DNA from: Candidatus Eiseniibacteriota bacterium
Lineage (GTDB): Bacteria > Eisenbacteria > RBG-16-71-46 > SZUA-252
NCBI GenBank assembly: GCA_036274595.1
Contig: DASUFL010000087.1
Span: forward strand, 2,348 to 66,347
Reading direction: 5' to 3'
DNA: 64,000 nt
A program made the position numbers and the translations under genes. A model generated the notes under the pieces. It saw nothing but the letters and a program-made list of their open reading frames with translations. It was not told the origin of the DNA and ran no database searches. Of this stretch, positions 1 to 9,270 are shown one piece after another (positions within the stretch are counted from its first letter, which is position 1; the number at the start of each line of letters is the position of its first letter).

Positions 1-447
1 CTCGCGCCCTTCGAGCGCGCCGACGGTCCATCCCCGTACGACATCCACGCCAAGCTCCAGGAGACGATGCAGTCCCTCGTCGGCATCTTCCGCGTCGAGG
101 AGGATCTCGCCGCGGCCATCCATGAGATCGCGCGGCTCAAGCAGGAAGCGGCGCGCGTCCGGGTCTTGGGCTCGCGCGAATTCAATCCCGGATGGCACCT
201 CGCGATCGATCTCAAGGCGATGCTCACCTGCAGCGAGGCGATCGCGCGGAGCGCGCAGCTGCGGAAGGAGAGCCGGGGCGGGCACGCGCGGCTCGACTTC
301 CCGAAGACGGAGCCCGAGTTCGGGACCAAGAACACTGTGGTGAAGAAAGAGGGCGAGACCATGGCGGTGGGGCAGTCGCCCCTTCCGGAGATGCCCGCGG
401 AGCTCCGCGCGATCGTCGACGCGGAGCTCGAAGCGGTGAAGGTCTAG
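1..447 (+). CDS. sdhA: succinate dehydrogenase/fumarate reductase flavoprotein subunit, C-terminal part (5' end outside window)
   Basis: Frame-0 ORF runs from position 1 to the stop at 447. The C-terminal motif ...SRGGHARLDFPKTEPEF... is typical of SdhA/FrdA, and sdhB follows immediately. Confidence 0.8.
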   Translation, partial: LAPFERADGPSPYDIHAKLQETMQSLVGIFRVEEDLAAAIHEIARLKQEAARVRVLGSREFNPGWHLAIDLKAMLTCSEAIARSAQLRKESRGGHARLDFPKTEPEFGTKNTVVKKEGETMAVGQSPLPEMPAELRAIVDAELEAVKV

Positions 448-456
448 GGGGGCGCG

Positions 457-1191
457 ATGGCCGAAGCCGAATTCCACGTCTTCCGCGGAGATGCCAAGGG
501 CGGGACGCTCCAGCCGTACAAGATCCAGGTCGAGGAAGGGATGGTCGTCCTCGACGCCATCCATCACATCCAGGCGCACGGCGCTCCCGACCTGGCGGTC
601 CGCTGGAACTGCAAGGCGGCCAAGTGCGGCTCCTGCAGCGCCGAGGTGAACGGAAGGCCGAGCCTCATGTGCAAGACGCGGCTCGACTCGCTCCCGCTCG
701 AACAGCCGGTGGTCGTGAGGCCGATGCGCTCCTTCCCCGTGATCAAGGACCTCGTCACCGACGTGTCCTGGAACTACGAGGTGAACAAGAAGATCCCGCA
801 CTTCACGCCGAAGAAGGACGCCCCCTGGCGGTGGATGCAGGAGGACATCGATCGCGTGCAGGAGTTCCGGAAGTGCATCGAGTGCTTCCTCTGCCAGAAC
901 GTCTGTCACGTGATCCGGGAGCACGCGATGCAGCCTTCATTCGGCGGCCCGCGCTTCTTCGTGCGCGTAGCGGGGCTCGAGATGCACCCGATGGACGACG
1001 CGAACCGGACGGAGCTGCTCAAGGATGAGCTGGGGATCGGCTACTGCAACATCACGAAGTGCTGCACGGAGGTCTGCCCCGAGGACATCCACATCACCGA
1101 CAACGCGATCATCCCGCTCAAGGAGCGCGTGGTCGACGAGCACTACGATCCGCTCCGGAAGGTCTTCAAGCTCCTGACCGGGAAGAAGTAG
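457..1191 (+). CDS. sdhB: succinate dehydrogenase iron-sulfur subunit
   Basis: 244 aa with a 2Fe-2S ferredoxin-like Cys cluster (CKAAKCGSCSAEVNG) and 4Fe-4S/3Fe-4S motifs (CIECFLCQNVC, CNITKCCTEVCP); lies 9 nt after sdhA. Confidence 0.9.
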   Translation: MAEAEFHVFRGDAKGGTLQPYKIQVEEGMVVLDAIHHIQAHGAPDLAVRWNCKAAKCGSCSAEVNGRPSLMCKTRLDSLPLEQPVVVRPMRSFPVIKDLVTDVSWNYEVNKKIPHFTPKKDAPWRWMQEDIDRVQEFRKCIECFLCQNVCHVIREHAMQPSFGGPRFFVRVAGLEMHPMDDANRTELLKDELGIGYCNITKCCTEVCPEDIHITDNAIIPLKERVVDEHYDPLRKVFKLLTGKK

Positions 1192-1221
1192 TCGAGCGCC
1201 GCGCCACGCGCGGCGCTCCCC

Positions 1222-1746
1222 TCAGTCGGTCCCCGCGCTCCCGCTCCTCCGCTCGAGGAGGAGCACGTCCCGCCAGGCGCCGTGCATCTTTCCGATCCGC
1301 TCGCGGCGCCCCACGTCGCGGAATCCGCACGCGCGATGGAGCGCGAGGCTCGGCATGTTCTCGGGGAAGATGCCCGCCTGGAGCGTCCAGATGCCGGCGC
1401 GCTCGGAGGACTCGATGAGCGCCGTCAGGAGCGCCCGCCCGACGCCACGGCCCCGGGCCGCGCCGCTCACGTAGACCGAGAGATCGGCCACGCCGGCGTA
1501 GACGCAGCGCCCCGAGACCGGCGTGGCAGCGACCCACCCGAGCACCGAGCCGTCGGCATCGCGGGCGACGAACCGGAGCGCCGCGACGTGCGCGCCATCC
1601 CATGCCTCCCAGGACGGCGCCTCGGTCTCGAACGTGGCGTTGCCCGTCGCGATCCCTTCCAGATAGATCGCGCGGACGTGGGGCCAGTCGCCGGGGGTCA
1701 TGGGATCGATCCGAACGGCGGGAGGAGCCATGGCGGATGCTACCAC
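1222..1746 (-). CDS. GNAT family N-acetyltransferase (phosphinothricin-acetyltransferase-like)
   Basis: 174 aa. N-terminus VRIDPMTPGDWPHVRAIYLEGIATGNATFE resembles the PAT/GNAT N-terminus; acetyl-CoA binding region RGRGVGRALL is present. Start could be M1 or M6. Confidence 0.7.
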   Translation of the reverse strand: MVASAMAPPAVRIDPMTPGDWPHVRAIYLEGIATGNATFETEAPSWEAWDGAHVAALRFVARDADGSVLGWVAATPVSGRCVYAGVADLSVYVSGAARGRGVGRALLTALIESSERAGIWTLQAGIFPENMPSLALHRACGFRDVGRRERIGKMHGAWRDVLLLERRSGSAGTD

Positions 1747-1770
1747 ACGGCGTGAGCGGGCCCGGAGGGG

Positions 1771-3759
1771 TCAGGACGTGCGGGCGAGCGCCGCGCGCGC
1801 CGCGGCGAGGAGCGGCATGGCCGAGAGTCCCTCGCCCGTGGCGCCGCGCATCCACGCGTCCGGCGTGAGGCGCCCCTGCCGCGTCATGCGCTCGACGCCC
1901 TCGGCGAACGCGGCGCCTCGGAGCGCCGGCGCGACCTGGAAGGCGACGATCTTTCCGATGGCGTAGTCGGGCGTGTAGAGCGCGGAGTCGATGATGTGGG
2001 AGTAGATCGCGAGGAGATCGCTGTCGCGCCGGCCGAGCACCGGAGCGAACCAGCGGTTCCAGACGTGGCGCGCGATCGCGACGACGGCATCGCGCAGCTC
2101 CCCCGGGGTGGCGCCGGGGTGGGCGTAGAGCCAGTTCCAAACGTCCATGTCGATCAAGCTCACGCCGCAGATCTCGTACGTGCTCCAGAGGGACTGGAGC
2201 ACCTCGCGCGCCCTCGGCTCGTCTCCCTTCTCGCCGTAGCCCAGGATCTCGAGGTCCCGCTCCTGAAACGTGAAGGCGAACGCCTCGGTGAAGGCGGTGT
2301 TGGGGACGCCGCTCAAGGACCAGTAGTCGATCGCGTCCAGCGAGAAGACCTGCTCCACGCAGTGCCCCAGCTCGTGCATCGCGACATTGAAGGTCTGGTA
2401 GCTCATGCCGTTGTGCGCCCGCGTGCGCAGGTGCGACTGGTCCCCGCGCCGCGCGGCGCCCATGGCGTGCCCCGGTCCGCGCGCCGGATCGACCACGATG
2501 CGCTCCGCGAGCCAGGCGGCTCGATCCGCGGCGAACCCGAGCGCCTGAAGCACCCGCGGGAGGTCCCCCTGGAATGCCTCGAGGGTGGGATAGCGATCGC
2601 GCACCACCCGGTCCAGCTCTTCCTCGCTCGTGGCCTCGCGGGGCGAGAATCCCGAGTACCAGACGTCGAACGGCTCGAGGGGACGGCCGAGGCGCGACTC
2701 GATGCGGCGGGCCAGCTCGCGGACCTCGTCCGAGCCGAGGACCGCCTCGAGAAGCGCGCGCACCTCCCCCTCCGGGATCTGCCGGTCCAGGTCGAAGCGG
2801 CGCCGCACGAACGTGGGCGCCGTGGGCGTGTAGGGATCGGCGAGCTTGAGCGCATGGAAGACCTCGAGCAGGTACGCGTAGCGCGTGTCCGGCTCGCGCG
2901 ACGAACGGTCGCCATTCGGCACGACCTCGTTGGTCTCGGGACACCAGTCGACGTCGGGGTTGTCGCGTACCGACGCCGGAATCTCCTGGCGCACGATGCG
3001 CTCCATCACGGTCTGGATCATGCGCTGCTTCTCCTGCCCCTCCTTCCCCTCCCCGTAGCGTCCCTTCAGCTCGTCGCGCAGACCCCAGTGCGAGATGAGC
3101 CGGAGTCCCTCGGGAAACGGGCGGCGGCCGTCCTTCGTGCGGAGCCGATCCATGTGGATGTTGTACTCCGCGATGTAGAGGTCCGCCTCGCGCATGACCT
3201 GGCCCATCTTCTGGATGAGCGAAGACGGGATGCGCTCCGCGAAGCGATCCATGAAGCGCGAGCGGGCCCAGCGCCGGCGGTCCCAGCTGCGTCCCTGATC
3301 GAGGCGCTCCGCCAGCGTGTCCACCGGGAAGTGGAGCAGCGCGAAGAAGGCGGTCTTTGTGCGGAAGAGATCCTCCTCCACGTGCGATCCGAGATCCAGG
3401 TTCTGGAGGAAGAGATCGACGGGGCGGACCGGTCCGAGATCGAGATGGATCGGGCGCTGGAGCTCGCGGCGCACCTCGTGGAGGTGTCCGTCGACCTGCT
3501 CCATCGCCTGCTCGAGGCGGGCGAACGCAGCATCCCGCTCGGCGTCGGACTCGATCCAGCTCTCGGAGCAGAAGGCGACGAATTCGTCTTCGTCCCCGTC
3601 CTCCGGCCACCACCGCTCGGCCACCTGCGCGACGCCGCGCGCCAGCGCGTCCCCATGCGCCGCCCCGTACCGGGTGACGAGAGCCGCGCGGGCGCGCTCG
3701 GCCGCGCTCGCGGGAAGCGAGGTGGGCGGTGATTCCACGACGGGCTCGGCCCGGTTCAA
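1771..3759 (-). CDS. putative gluzincin-type zinc metallopeptidase (HEXXH...E; M3/M2-like oligopeptidase)
   Basis: 662 aa, cytoplasmic-looking. Has AMHELGHCVEQ with a Glu about 26 residues downstream (TEAFAF); length fits M3/M2-type oligopeptidases. Family not resolved. Confidence 0.5.
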   Translation of the reverse strand: MNRAEPVVESPPTSLPASAAERARAALVTRYGAAHGDALARGVAQVAERWWPEDGDEDEFVAFCSESWIESDAERDAAFARLEQAMEQVDGHLHEVRRELQRPIHLDLGPVRPVDLFLQNLDLGSHVEEDLFRTKTAFFALLHFPVDTLAERLDQGRSWDRRRWARSRFMDRFAERIPSSLIQKMGQVMREADLYIAEYNIHMDRLRTKDGRRPFPEGLRLISHWGLRDELKGRYGEGKEGQEKQRMIQTVMERIVRQEIPASVRDNPDVDWCPETNEVVPNGDRSSREPDTRYAYLLEVFHALKLADPYTPTAPTFVRRRFDLDRQIPEGEVRALLEAVLGSDEVRELARRIESRLGRPLEPFDVWYSGFSPREATSEEELDRVVRDRYPTLEAFQGDLPRVLQALGFAADRAAWLAERIVVDPARGPGHAMGAARRGDQSHLRTRAHNGMSYQTFNVAMHELGHCVEQVFSLDAIDYWSLSGVPNTAFTEAFAFTFQERDLEILGYGEKGDEPRAREVLQSLWSTYEICGVSLIDMDVWNWLYAHPGATPGELRDAVVAIARHVWNRWFAPVLGRRDSDLLAIYSHIIDSALYTPDYAIGKIVAFQVAPALRGAAFAEGVERMTRQGRLTPDAWMRGATGEGLSAMPLLAAARAALARTS

Positions 3760-3781
3760 GGGGGTCTCTTGGTGCTCGGCG

Positions 3782-4306
3782 TCATGGCGTGGAATCGGGC
3801 GGCGCCGACGGCGGCGCCGTGACGACCGGCGCGTTCGAGTTCCACATGTCGCGATGCAGCTTCCATCCCCCGGCGCCCTTCTTCCAGAGCACGATGTACT
3901 TGCCGGCGTCGAGCTCCCGTCCGTCGTTTCCGACGAGCGTGTAGCGCCCGACCTCGGACGCGTCGCCGCCGTGCACGGTGAACTCGACGGTGGTCAGGTG
4001 CATCTCCTTGACCGGGAGGGCCAGCACGCCGCGCCAGAGCGCCTCGATGGCCGCGCGCCCCTGGACCGGCAGGTTGCCGGGCGGGAGGAGCTGCGCGTCG
4101 TCGGCGTAGAGGGTGGCGATGCGGGCCGCATCGCCGCGCGCGAAGGCATCCATGAACTGGCGATTGCTCGCGTCGACGGCCCCGCGGACGTCGGCCGCGT
4201 CCTCGTGCGTCTGGGGCACGCAGCCCGCGAGGCCGATGGCGGCGAGTGCCGCGATCCAGGCGGCCACCCGTAGCCCGCGATACGAACGAAACCGTTCCAG
4301 CATCAT
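3782..4306 (-). CDS. SnoaL-like/DUF4440 (NTF2 fold) lipoprotein
   Basis: 174 aa with a lipoprotein signal (AAIGLAGC) and an NTF2-like domain. Motifs AVDASNRQFMDAFARGDAARIATLYADDAQLLPPG ... IVLWKKGAGGWKLHRDMWN are typical of the DUF4440/SnoaL_3 family. Confidence 0.65.
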   Translation of the reverse strand: MMLERFRSYRGLRVAAWIAALAAIGLAGCVPQTHEDAADVRGAVDASNRQFMDAFARGDAARIATLYADDAQLLPPGNLPVQGRAAIEALWRGVLALPVKEMHLTTVEFTVHGGDASEVGRYTLVGNDGRELDAGKYIVLWKKGAGGWKLHRDMWNSNAPVVTAPPSAPPDSTP

Positions 4307-4417
4307 CCTGTTTCCTCCTCGGTTCCGGGTACAGGTGTCGGGCGGACGCTGCGGGGCAGGCGTTTACCCTACCACAGACCGGGGCTGGACGGACGGAGCT
4401 GGGTTCCTGGACAGGGG

Positions 4418-7180
4418 TTAGAGCGCGAGCCAGTAGGTCGCCTTGAGGGCGATGACGTTCTCGGGGTCGATGTCGAAGAGGGCGCGCCAGTCGCGCGAGA
4501 ACTCGAAATCCCCGATCGGCGCGGTGGCTTCGCGCCCCTGCTGCCACACGAGGAAGAGGGCGGAGCCGGGCCTGTATTCCCAACGGAGGACAGCGTTCCC
4601 GCGGAACGATCGGAAGTTGAAGTCGGGGTTGTCGAAGCTGAAGGACGGCGCCGGGCCGCCCGCGTCGGGATCGATGACGACGGCTCCGGTGGAGTCCGAC
4701 CCCACGGTTCCCTGCTGCTTGCCGTAGACGTCGAACTCGAACTGGCGCGGAGCGCGGAGCTCCTTGAAGCGCGTGTAATCACCGCTCACGATCAAGGGCT
4801 GGACGTAGAGCTGGAACGTGAGCTTGGGCGAGAACGTCCACTCGACGCGCGTGTCGAGCGAGATCTGGGTTTGATGGAGTGAGGCAAAGACGTACCGCGC
4901 GCCATAGGTCTCGACCGCGGTCGGATCGTCTTCCGTCGTCACGTACTGCGCGTGATCGAGGAGCTTCCGCACGCCCGGCTCGAACAGGACGCGGAGCGCG
5001 GTGGTCGGACGCGTCGAGAGCGACGCGTTGAGCGTACGCAAGTGTCCCCCCGCGGCGTCCCAGATGAGCGCGCCGTTCAAGCCGAGGGTGGTCGACCGTC
5101 GGGAGTCGGTATTGATGGCAGCCTTGAACGCGCCTCCAGGGGGCACCCGCGACAGCGGCCCCCCGCGCGTCAGCCGGTCGTCGATGCTCCCCGGGTACCA
5201 CTCGCCGCGCAGATAGCCGGACCAGTAACTGGAGAAGGTTCCTTCGGCTTCCCCGGCGTACTCCTGATACGTGCGATCGCCGCCGTAATTCCACGACCAG
5301 TTCGAGAAGGCGAACGCGTCCCAGCTTCGCATCACCTTGTGGGGCGTGTTGTCCTTGTAGAGCGCGAGCGTGGAGAGCCCGCGGCTGTCCGCCGCGTTCT
5401 GGAAGCCCAGGTCGTTGATTTCGAACCCGGGGCTCCAGTCCTGGTAGGTGAGCGAGCCCTGGCCGTGCTTGCCCGCGATCTTGTTGATGGAGAGCTGCCC
5501 CGCGTGGCCGCTCAAGCTCGTGCGCGTGGGGTCGTACTCGAGGTAGTCGGCGTCCGGCCGCTGGTAGTAGCGCGCGCTCGAGGTCTGGGTCGATGCCATC
5601 GCGTCCGGGCTCCCTTTCACATAGCTCCCCATGAACATCGCGTCCAGGGACCATCGCCGGGACGACCAGTAGTGATTGAGGTCCATCCCGCCGGCCCAAG
5701 CGTCCTTGCGGAGGAGGCTCGAGAGGTCGGGATCGTCGAGATCGCGCCGGACTCCGGTCAGGATGGCGCCGACGACCGTGTTCCCCTGCCGGTAGTCGCG
5801 CCGCACGCGGCTGACGAAGTAGTTCGTGAGCGGCTCGACCGGCGTCTTCCGCTCCACGTCCGCGGAGTCCACGTAGTCGGCGCGTTCCTCCGGCGTCACC
5901 GCGTCCAGCACGCCGATCGTCCATCCGTTCCGCGTCTTCCCCGTGAGCTTGGCCGCCCCGGCGATCGTCGTGTGGACGGGCGCGTCGAGGAAGCGATACA
6001 CCTGCGAGTCGAGAGAGCGCTGCGGCTCGCGGCCGATGCGGCGGCCGTGGAAGGCGATCGTCGTGTTGAAGTTGTTGTAGCTCTGCATGTCGCCGAAGCG
6101 GAAGACGTTCGCCCCCTCGACGAAGAAGGGCCGCTTCTCGGGATAGAACGTCTCGAACGCCGAGAGATTCACGATCGCCGGGTCCACCTCCACCTCGCCG
6201 AAGTCCGGATTCACCGTCGCGTTCAGGGTGAGGCTCGAGGTCAGGCCGTACTTGAGATCCACGCCCGCGGCCGGGAACTGGTCCGAGCCGTCGCGGAACG
6301 GATCGTTCGGATCGCTCTGGAAGTGCTCCGATCGGACCATCCCGTACGGAAGGAGCTCGAGGTGCTTTCCCGCCTGCACCGATCCCAGCCCGGTGAGATG
6401 CCCGTACCGCGCGACGCTCGCATTGTCCTTGAGGGGCGTGAACGAGAACTCCGACAGCTCCTGCCGCCGGTTGATCCACCGGCGGATCTGGATGCCCCAG
6501 ACCGCGTCGGCCGCCGTGTTGTAGTGGAGCTGCGACAAGGGAATCTCGACTTCGGCCGTCCAGCCGAGGCTGTCGATCGAGGTGTGCACATGCCAGACCG
6601 GATCCCAGGAGAAGTCCTGGTTGCCGTTCGCCGCGATCGTGGCGTCGTTGATCGAGCCGGAGGGGCTCACGCGGAAGAGGACCGCCGTCGAGTGATCGTG
6701 ATACGCGTCGATCAGGATCGCGAGGTAGTCGGACTCGAGGTCGTCGTCGCGGCGCACCAGCCGGGAGCGGATCTTCCTCGCGTCCTTGTCGTAGAGGCGC
6801 GCGCCGATGAAGAGCGCGTCGTCGGCGATCAGGGCGCGCACCTCGGTGCGCTCGGAGCAGGGCTTCCCTTCATCCGGCTGGCGCTGCGTGAATTGATCGA
6901 CCGGCGTCGCCGTTTTCCATGCGTCGTCGTCGAGACGCCCGTCCACGCGAATCGTGCCCGTGAGCGGTGCCGCATGGAGCTGGGGCGCGTCGGCATGGGA
7001 GGCCGAGGCTCCCGGTCCGGCGGGCGGGGGAAAGACGTTGGGCCCTGGGGCGGTCGAATCGGCGGGCGTGCCGCTACCGGGCAGGGATTGGGCGGCGGAT
7101 GCGGGAGTCGTTGGAAGGAACAGGGTCCATGTCGTGAGAAGCGGCAGAGCCGCGACCAGCCAGCGATTCCGTGCGCGCAT
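4418..7180 (-). CDS. DUF5916 family outer-membrane protein with N-terminal CBM9-like domain
   Basis: 920 aa with a signal peptide. N-terminal GTIRVDGRLDDDAWKTATPVDQF ... matches the family-9 carbohydrate-binding-module pattern. The long beta-rich C-terminal region ending ...LKATYWLAL is barrel-like. Confidence 0.6.
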   Translation of the reverse strand: MRARNRWLVAALPLLTTWTLFLPTTPASAAQSLPGSGTPADSTAPGPNVFPPPAGPGASASHADAPQLHAAPLTGTIRVDGRLDDDAWKTATPVDQFTQRQPDEGKPCSERTEVRALIADDALFIGARLYDKDARKIRSRLVRRDDDLESDYLAILIDAYHDHSTAVLFRVSPSGSINDATIAANGNQDFSWDPVWHVHTSIDSLGWTAEVEIPLSQLHYNTAADAVWGIQIRRWINRRQELSEFSFTPLKDNASVARYGHLTGLGSVQAGKHLELLPYGMVRSEHFQSDPNDPFRDGSDQFPAAGVDLKYGLTSSLTLNATVNPDFGEVEVDPAIVNLSAFETFYPEKRPFFVEGANVFRFGDMQSYNNFNTTIAFHGRRIGREPQRSLDSQVYRFLDAPVHTTIAGAAKLTGKTRNGWTIGVLDAVTPEERADYVDSADVERKTPVEPLTNYFVSRVRRDYRQGNTVVGAILTGVRRDLDDPDLSSLLRKDAWAGGMDLNHYWSSRRWSLDAMFMGSYVKGSPDAMASTQTSSARYYQRPDADYLEYDPTRTSLSGHAGQLSINKIAGKHGQGSLTYQDWSPGFEINDLGFQNAADSRGLSTLALYKDNTPHKVMRSWDAFAFSNWSWNYGGDRTYQEYAGEAEGTFSSYWSGYLRGEWYPGSIDDRLTRGGPLSRVPPGGAFKAAINTDSRRSTTLGLNGALIWDAAGGHLRTLNASLSTRPTTALRVLFEPGVRKLLDHAQYVTTEDDPTAVETYGARYVFASLHQTQISLDTRVEWTFSPKLTFQLYVQPLIVSGDYTRFKELRAPRQFEFDVYGKQQGTVGSDSTGAVVIDPDAGGPAPSFSFDNPDFNFRSFRGNAVLRWEYRPGSALFLVWQQGREATAPIGDFEFSRDWRALFDIDPENVIALKATYWLAL

Positions 7181-7429
7181 GACGATCCCTCGAAACGCTC
7201 CTTCCCCGATCCTCCTTCATCTACGGCTGGATGGCGCGCCCGGTTTCTTCGGCGTCGCCGGCGAGGGATGAGACGGTCCTGGCCGGGATTTGGTTGGAAC
7301 GTTGGGCGCGGCGGCCGCGGACTCGGTGGCCGCGGACTCGGTGGCTCCCGTGACTCGAGGCGGCGAGACCAGTGCGAATAGAGCGATCGCGAGACAGGCG
7401 GTTCGGAGCATGTCCGGTATCGGAACGGC

Positions 7430-8743
7430 TCAGGCGGCCGTACCGTCCTCCACCACCCAGCGGACCGAGCGCGAGCAGGGACACATCCCGCCGACGCGTT
7501 TCAGCTTCGGCATCTTCCTGATCGCCTGATCCACGGTGGTCCGGCCGGCTACAACGTCTCGAAGCGTTTCCAGATAGCTCTTCAGATCGCGGCTGTGGAG
7601 GTAGGGCTCGGGGAGATTCTGCTTCAGATGGCGCAGGTACGAATCCACGTCCGTGTAGGACTCTCCGCGCGTGCCCACCATCGTGAACGCCGGCTCGCCT
7701 TTCCGACGATAGAAGGACGGATGCGGGATCCGGATCAGGTCCTCGTGATCGATCCCCTCATGGCGCCCGCCGTCCTTCATCAGGCGATCGGCGATCCGTT
7801 CGGCTTCCTCGGGCGAGAGATTGGGGAGTCTCGCGCGGAGGTAGCGCTGGTTCAAGTCCGCGATCATCTTGCGGACCTCCTCGTAGTAGAGCGACTGCGC
7901 CTCCGCGTTCTTCATGTTCTTGAAGCCGAACCGGATGTTGGAGTCGCCCCCCTTCTCGTGGCCGAACATCTCGAGCCCGCGGGGGAGCCACTTGTTGAAG
8001 GAGCGCTGGATGGCCCGGGTGGAGATGAGCTCGTTCCCTTCGGCGGCGCGCTGGACCCAGCGGCGAAGCGGAATGACGCCCGCGGCGAGGTGGAAGGCCT
8101 CCTCCCTCAGCATGGGGGGCATCGATTGCGCGAACGGCTTGTACGCGCAGACTTTCTGCATCGAGAGCTGGTACTTGCCGACCCGGTCGATGACCGCGGC
8201 GAAGACCACGTTGTCCACGAAGGAGTCGTACTCGAGGTTGAAGGCGTCGAGGACGTGCGATCCCGTCTGCATGGAGAGGATCTCCTCGACCATCTCTTCC
8301 GCCTTCTGCCCCGAGACCCCGCTCCAGTCCTGCGAGACGAGGAGATGGAACATCTGGTAGCCGTGCCTGAGCTCCTCCGCCATCACGCGGAGCACCCAGA
8401 AGCGATCCTCGTCGTCCTGCGCGCGGGCCAGCGTTCCCTCGTGCTGCTGGATGGAGCCGAATTCGGTCGAGGCCTGCGCGCGGATGATGGCCAGAAGGTG
8501 CCGCGCCGGCTCCTCCCCCATCTCCGAGGGCTTCGTCATCCGGCGCTCGCCCTTCTTGTCCCCGACCTCGATCGTGTCCCCCATCCCGATCTCCATCTTG
8601 GCGCAGAGGCAGAACTCGGGATCGTTGGGGAAATAGGTCTGCCAGCTCTCGGGGAGGAGTCCGTAGTCGGGGAAGTTGTGCCGCCGCCAGTGGATGACGG
8701 CGTCGTGGAACTTCTTCGGCAGCGTGGTCTGCTCGACGTTCAT
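7430..8743 (-). CDS. BoxB-like ferritin-fold diiron oxygenase (benzoyl-CoA 2,3-epoxidase subunit B family), orphan
   Basis: 437 aa with two EXXH diiron motifs (MAEELRHGYQMFH and LREEAFHLAAG) plus additional carboxylates. Size and pattern fit the BoxB/PaaA-like class. C-terminal CPC motif (GGMCPCSRS). Confidence 0.5.
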   Translation of the reverse strand: MNVEQTTLPKKFHDAVIHWRRHNFPDYGLLPESWQTYFPNDPEFCLCAKMEIGMGDTIEVGDKKGERRMTKPSEMGEEPARHLLAIIRAQASTEFGSIQQHEGTLARAQDDEDRFWVLRVMAEELRHGYQMFHLLVSQDWSGVSGQKAEEMVEEILSMQTGSHVLDAFNLEYDSFVDNVVFAAVIDRVGKYQLSMQKVCAYKPFAQSMPPMLREEAFHLAAGVIPLRRWVQRAAEGNELISTRAIQRSFNKWLPRGLEMFGHEKGGDSNIRFGFKNMKNAEAQSLYYEEVRKMIADLNQRYLRARLPNLSPEEAERIADRLMKDGGRHEGIDHEDLIRIPHPSFYRRKGEPAFTMVGTRGESYTDVDSYLRHLKQNLPEPYLHSRDLKSYLETLRDVVAGRTTVDQAIRKMPKLKRVGGMCPCSRSVRWVVEDGTAA

Positions 8744-8754
8744 GGAGCCTTTCG

Positions 8755-9225
8755 CTAAGCCGTCGCGCCCGCGCCCGCCACGCGGAGCTCGAGCGCCTGG
8801 AGCGATGCGTTGTCGAACCCGACCGCGCGCAGGAACGCGGCGAGATCGGAATCGTTCTTGTCGACCAGAGTGCGGATGGTGGCGACCTCGTTTCGTACCA
8901 TGTGGGACTTCACGGCGTCGAAGAGCCGCCGGCCGATGGAGCGCCCCTGGTAGTCCGGATCGACGCCGAACCGCTCGATCCAGCCCGTGGTCTCCTCGAG
9001 ACCGAACTCGCCGCCACGGACATCCGAGAACATGAAGCCGACCACCTTGCCCTCGAACTCGGCCACGGGACAGCTCTCGGGATCCCGGCGCAGGTAGTAG
9101 CCCACGCGGCGCTCCCAGACCTCCGGACGGTAGACCCCCGTGAGCCGCTCGTCGATCGAGACGATGCGCGAAATGTCGAGCTCGGAAAGTGGGCGGATGT
9201 GGATGTCCGAAGCGATGGAAGTCAC
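8755..9225 (-). CDS. GNAT family N-acetyltransferase
   Basis: 156 aa with motif A region RSIGRRLFDAVKSHM; typical GNAT length. Confidence 0.7.
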   Translation of the reverse strand: MTSIASDIHIRPLSELDISRIVSIDERLTGVYRPEVWERRVGYYLRRDPESCPVAEFEGKVVGFMFSDVRGGEFGLEETTGWIERFGVDPDYQGRSIGRRLFDAVKSHMVRNEVATIRTLVDKNDSDLAAFLRAVGFDNASLQALELRVAGAGATA

Positions 9226-9270
9226 GCGCTCAGAATACCATCCGGGCGGGACCCCGCGCGAGCGGTTCCG

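Noticed and set aside
1166-3613. 815-aa ORF on minus strand (Arg/Gly/Pro-rich) overlapping the GNAT and metallopeptidase genes
   Set aside because: Low-complexity RGP-rich translation typical of out-of-frame or antisense reading of high-GC coding DNA. The in-frame genes on the same and opposite strands have clear family motifs.
4952-7381. 809-aa plus-strand ORF opposite the DUF5916 gene
   Set aside because: Antisense high-GC ORF with an RGVP-rich low-complexity translation.
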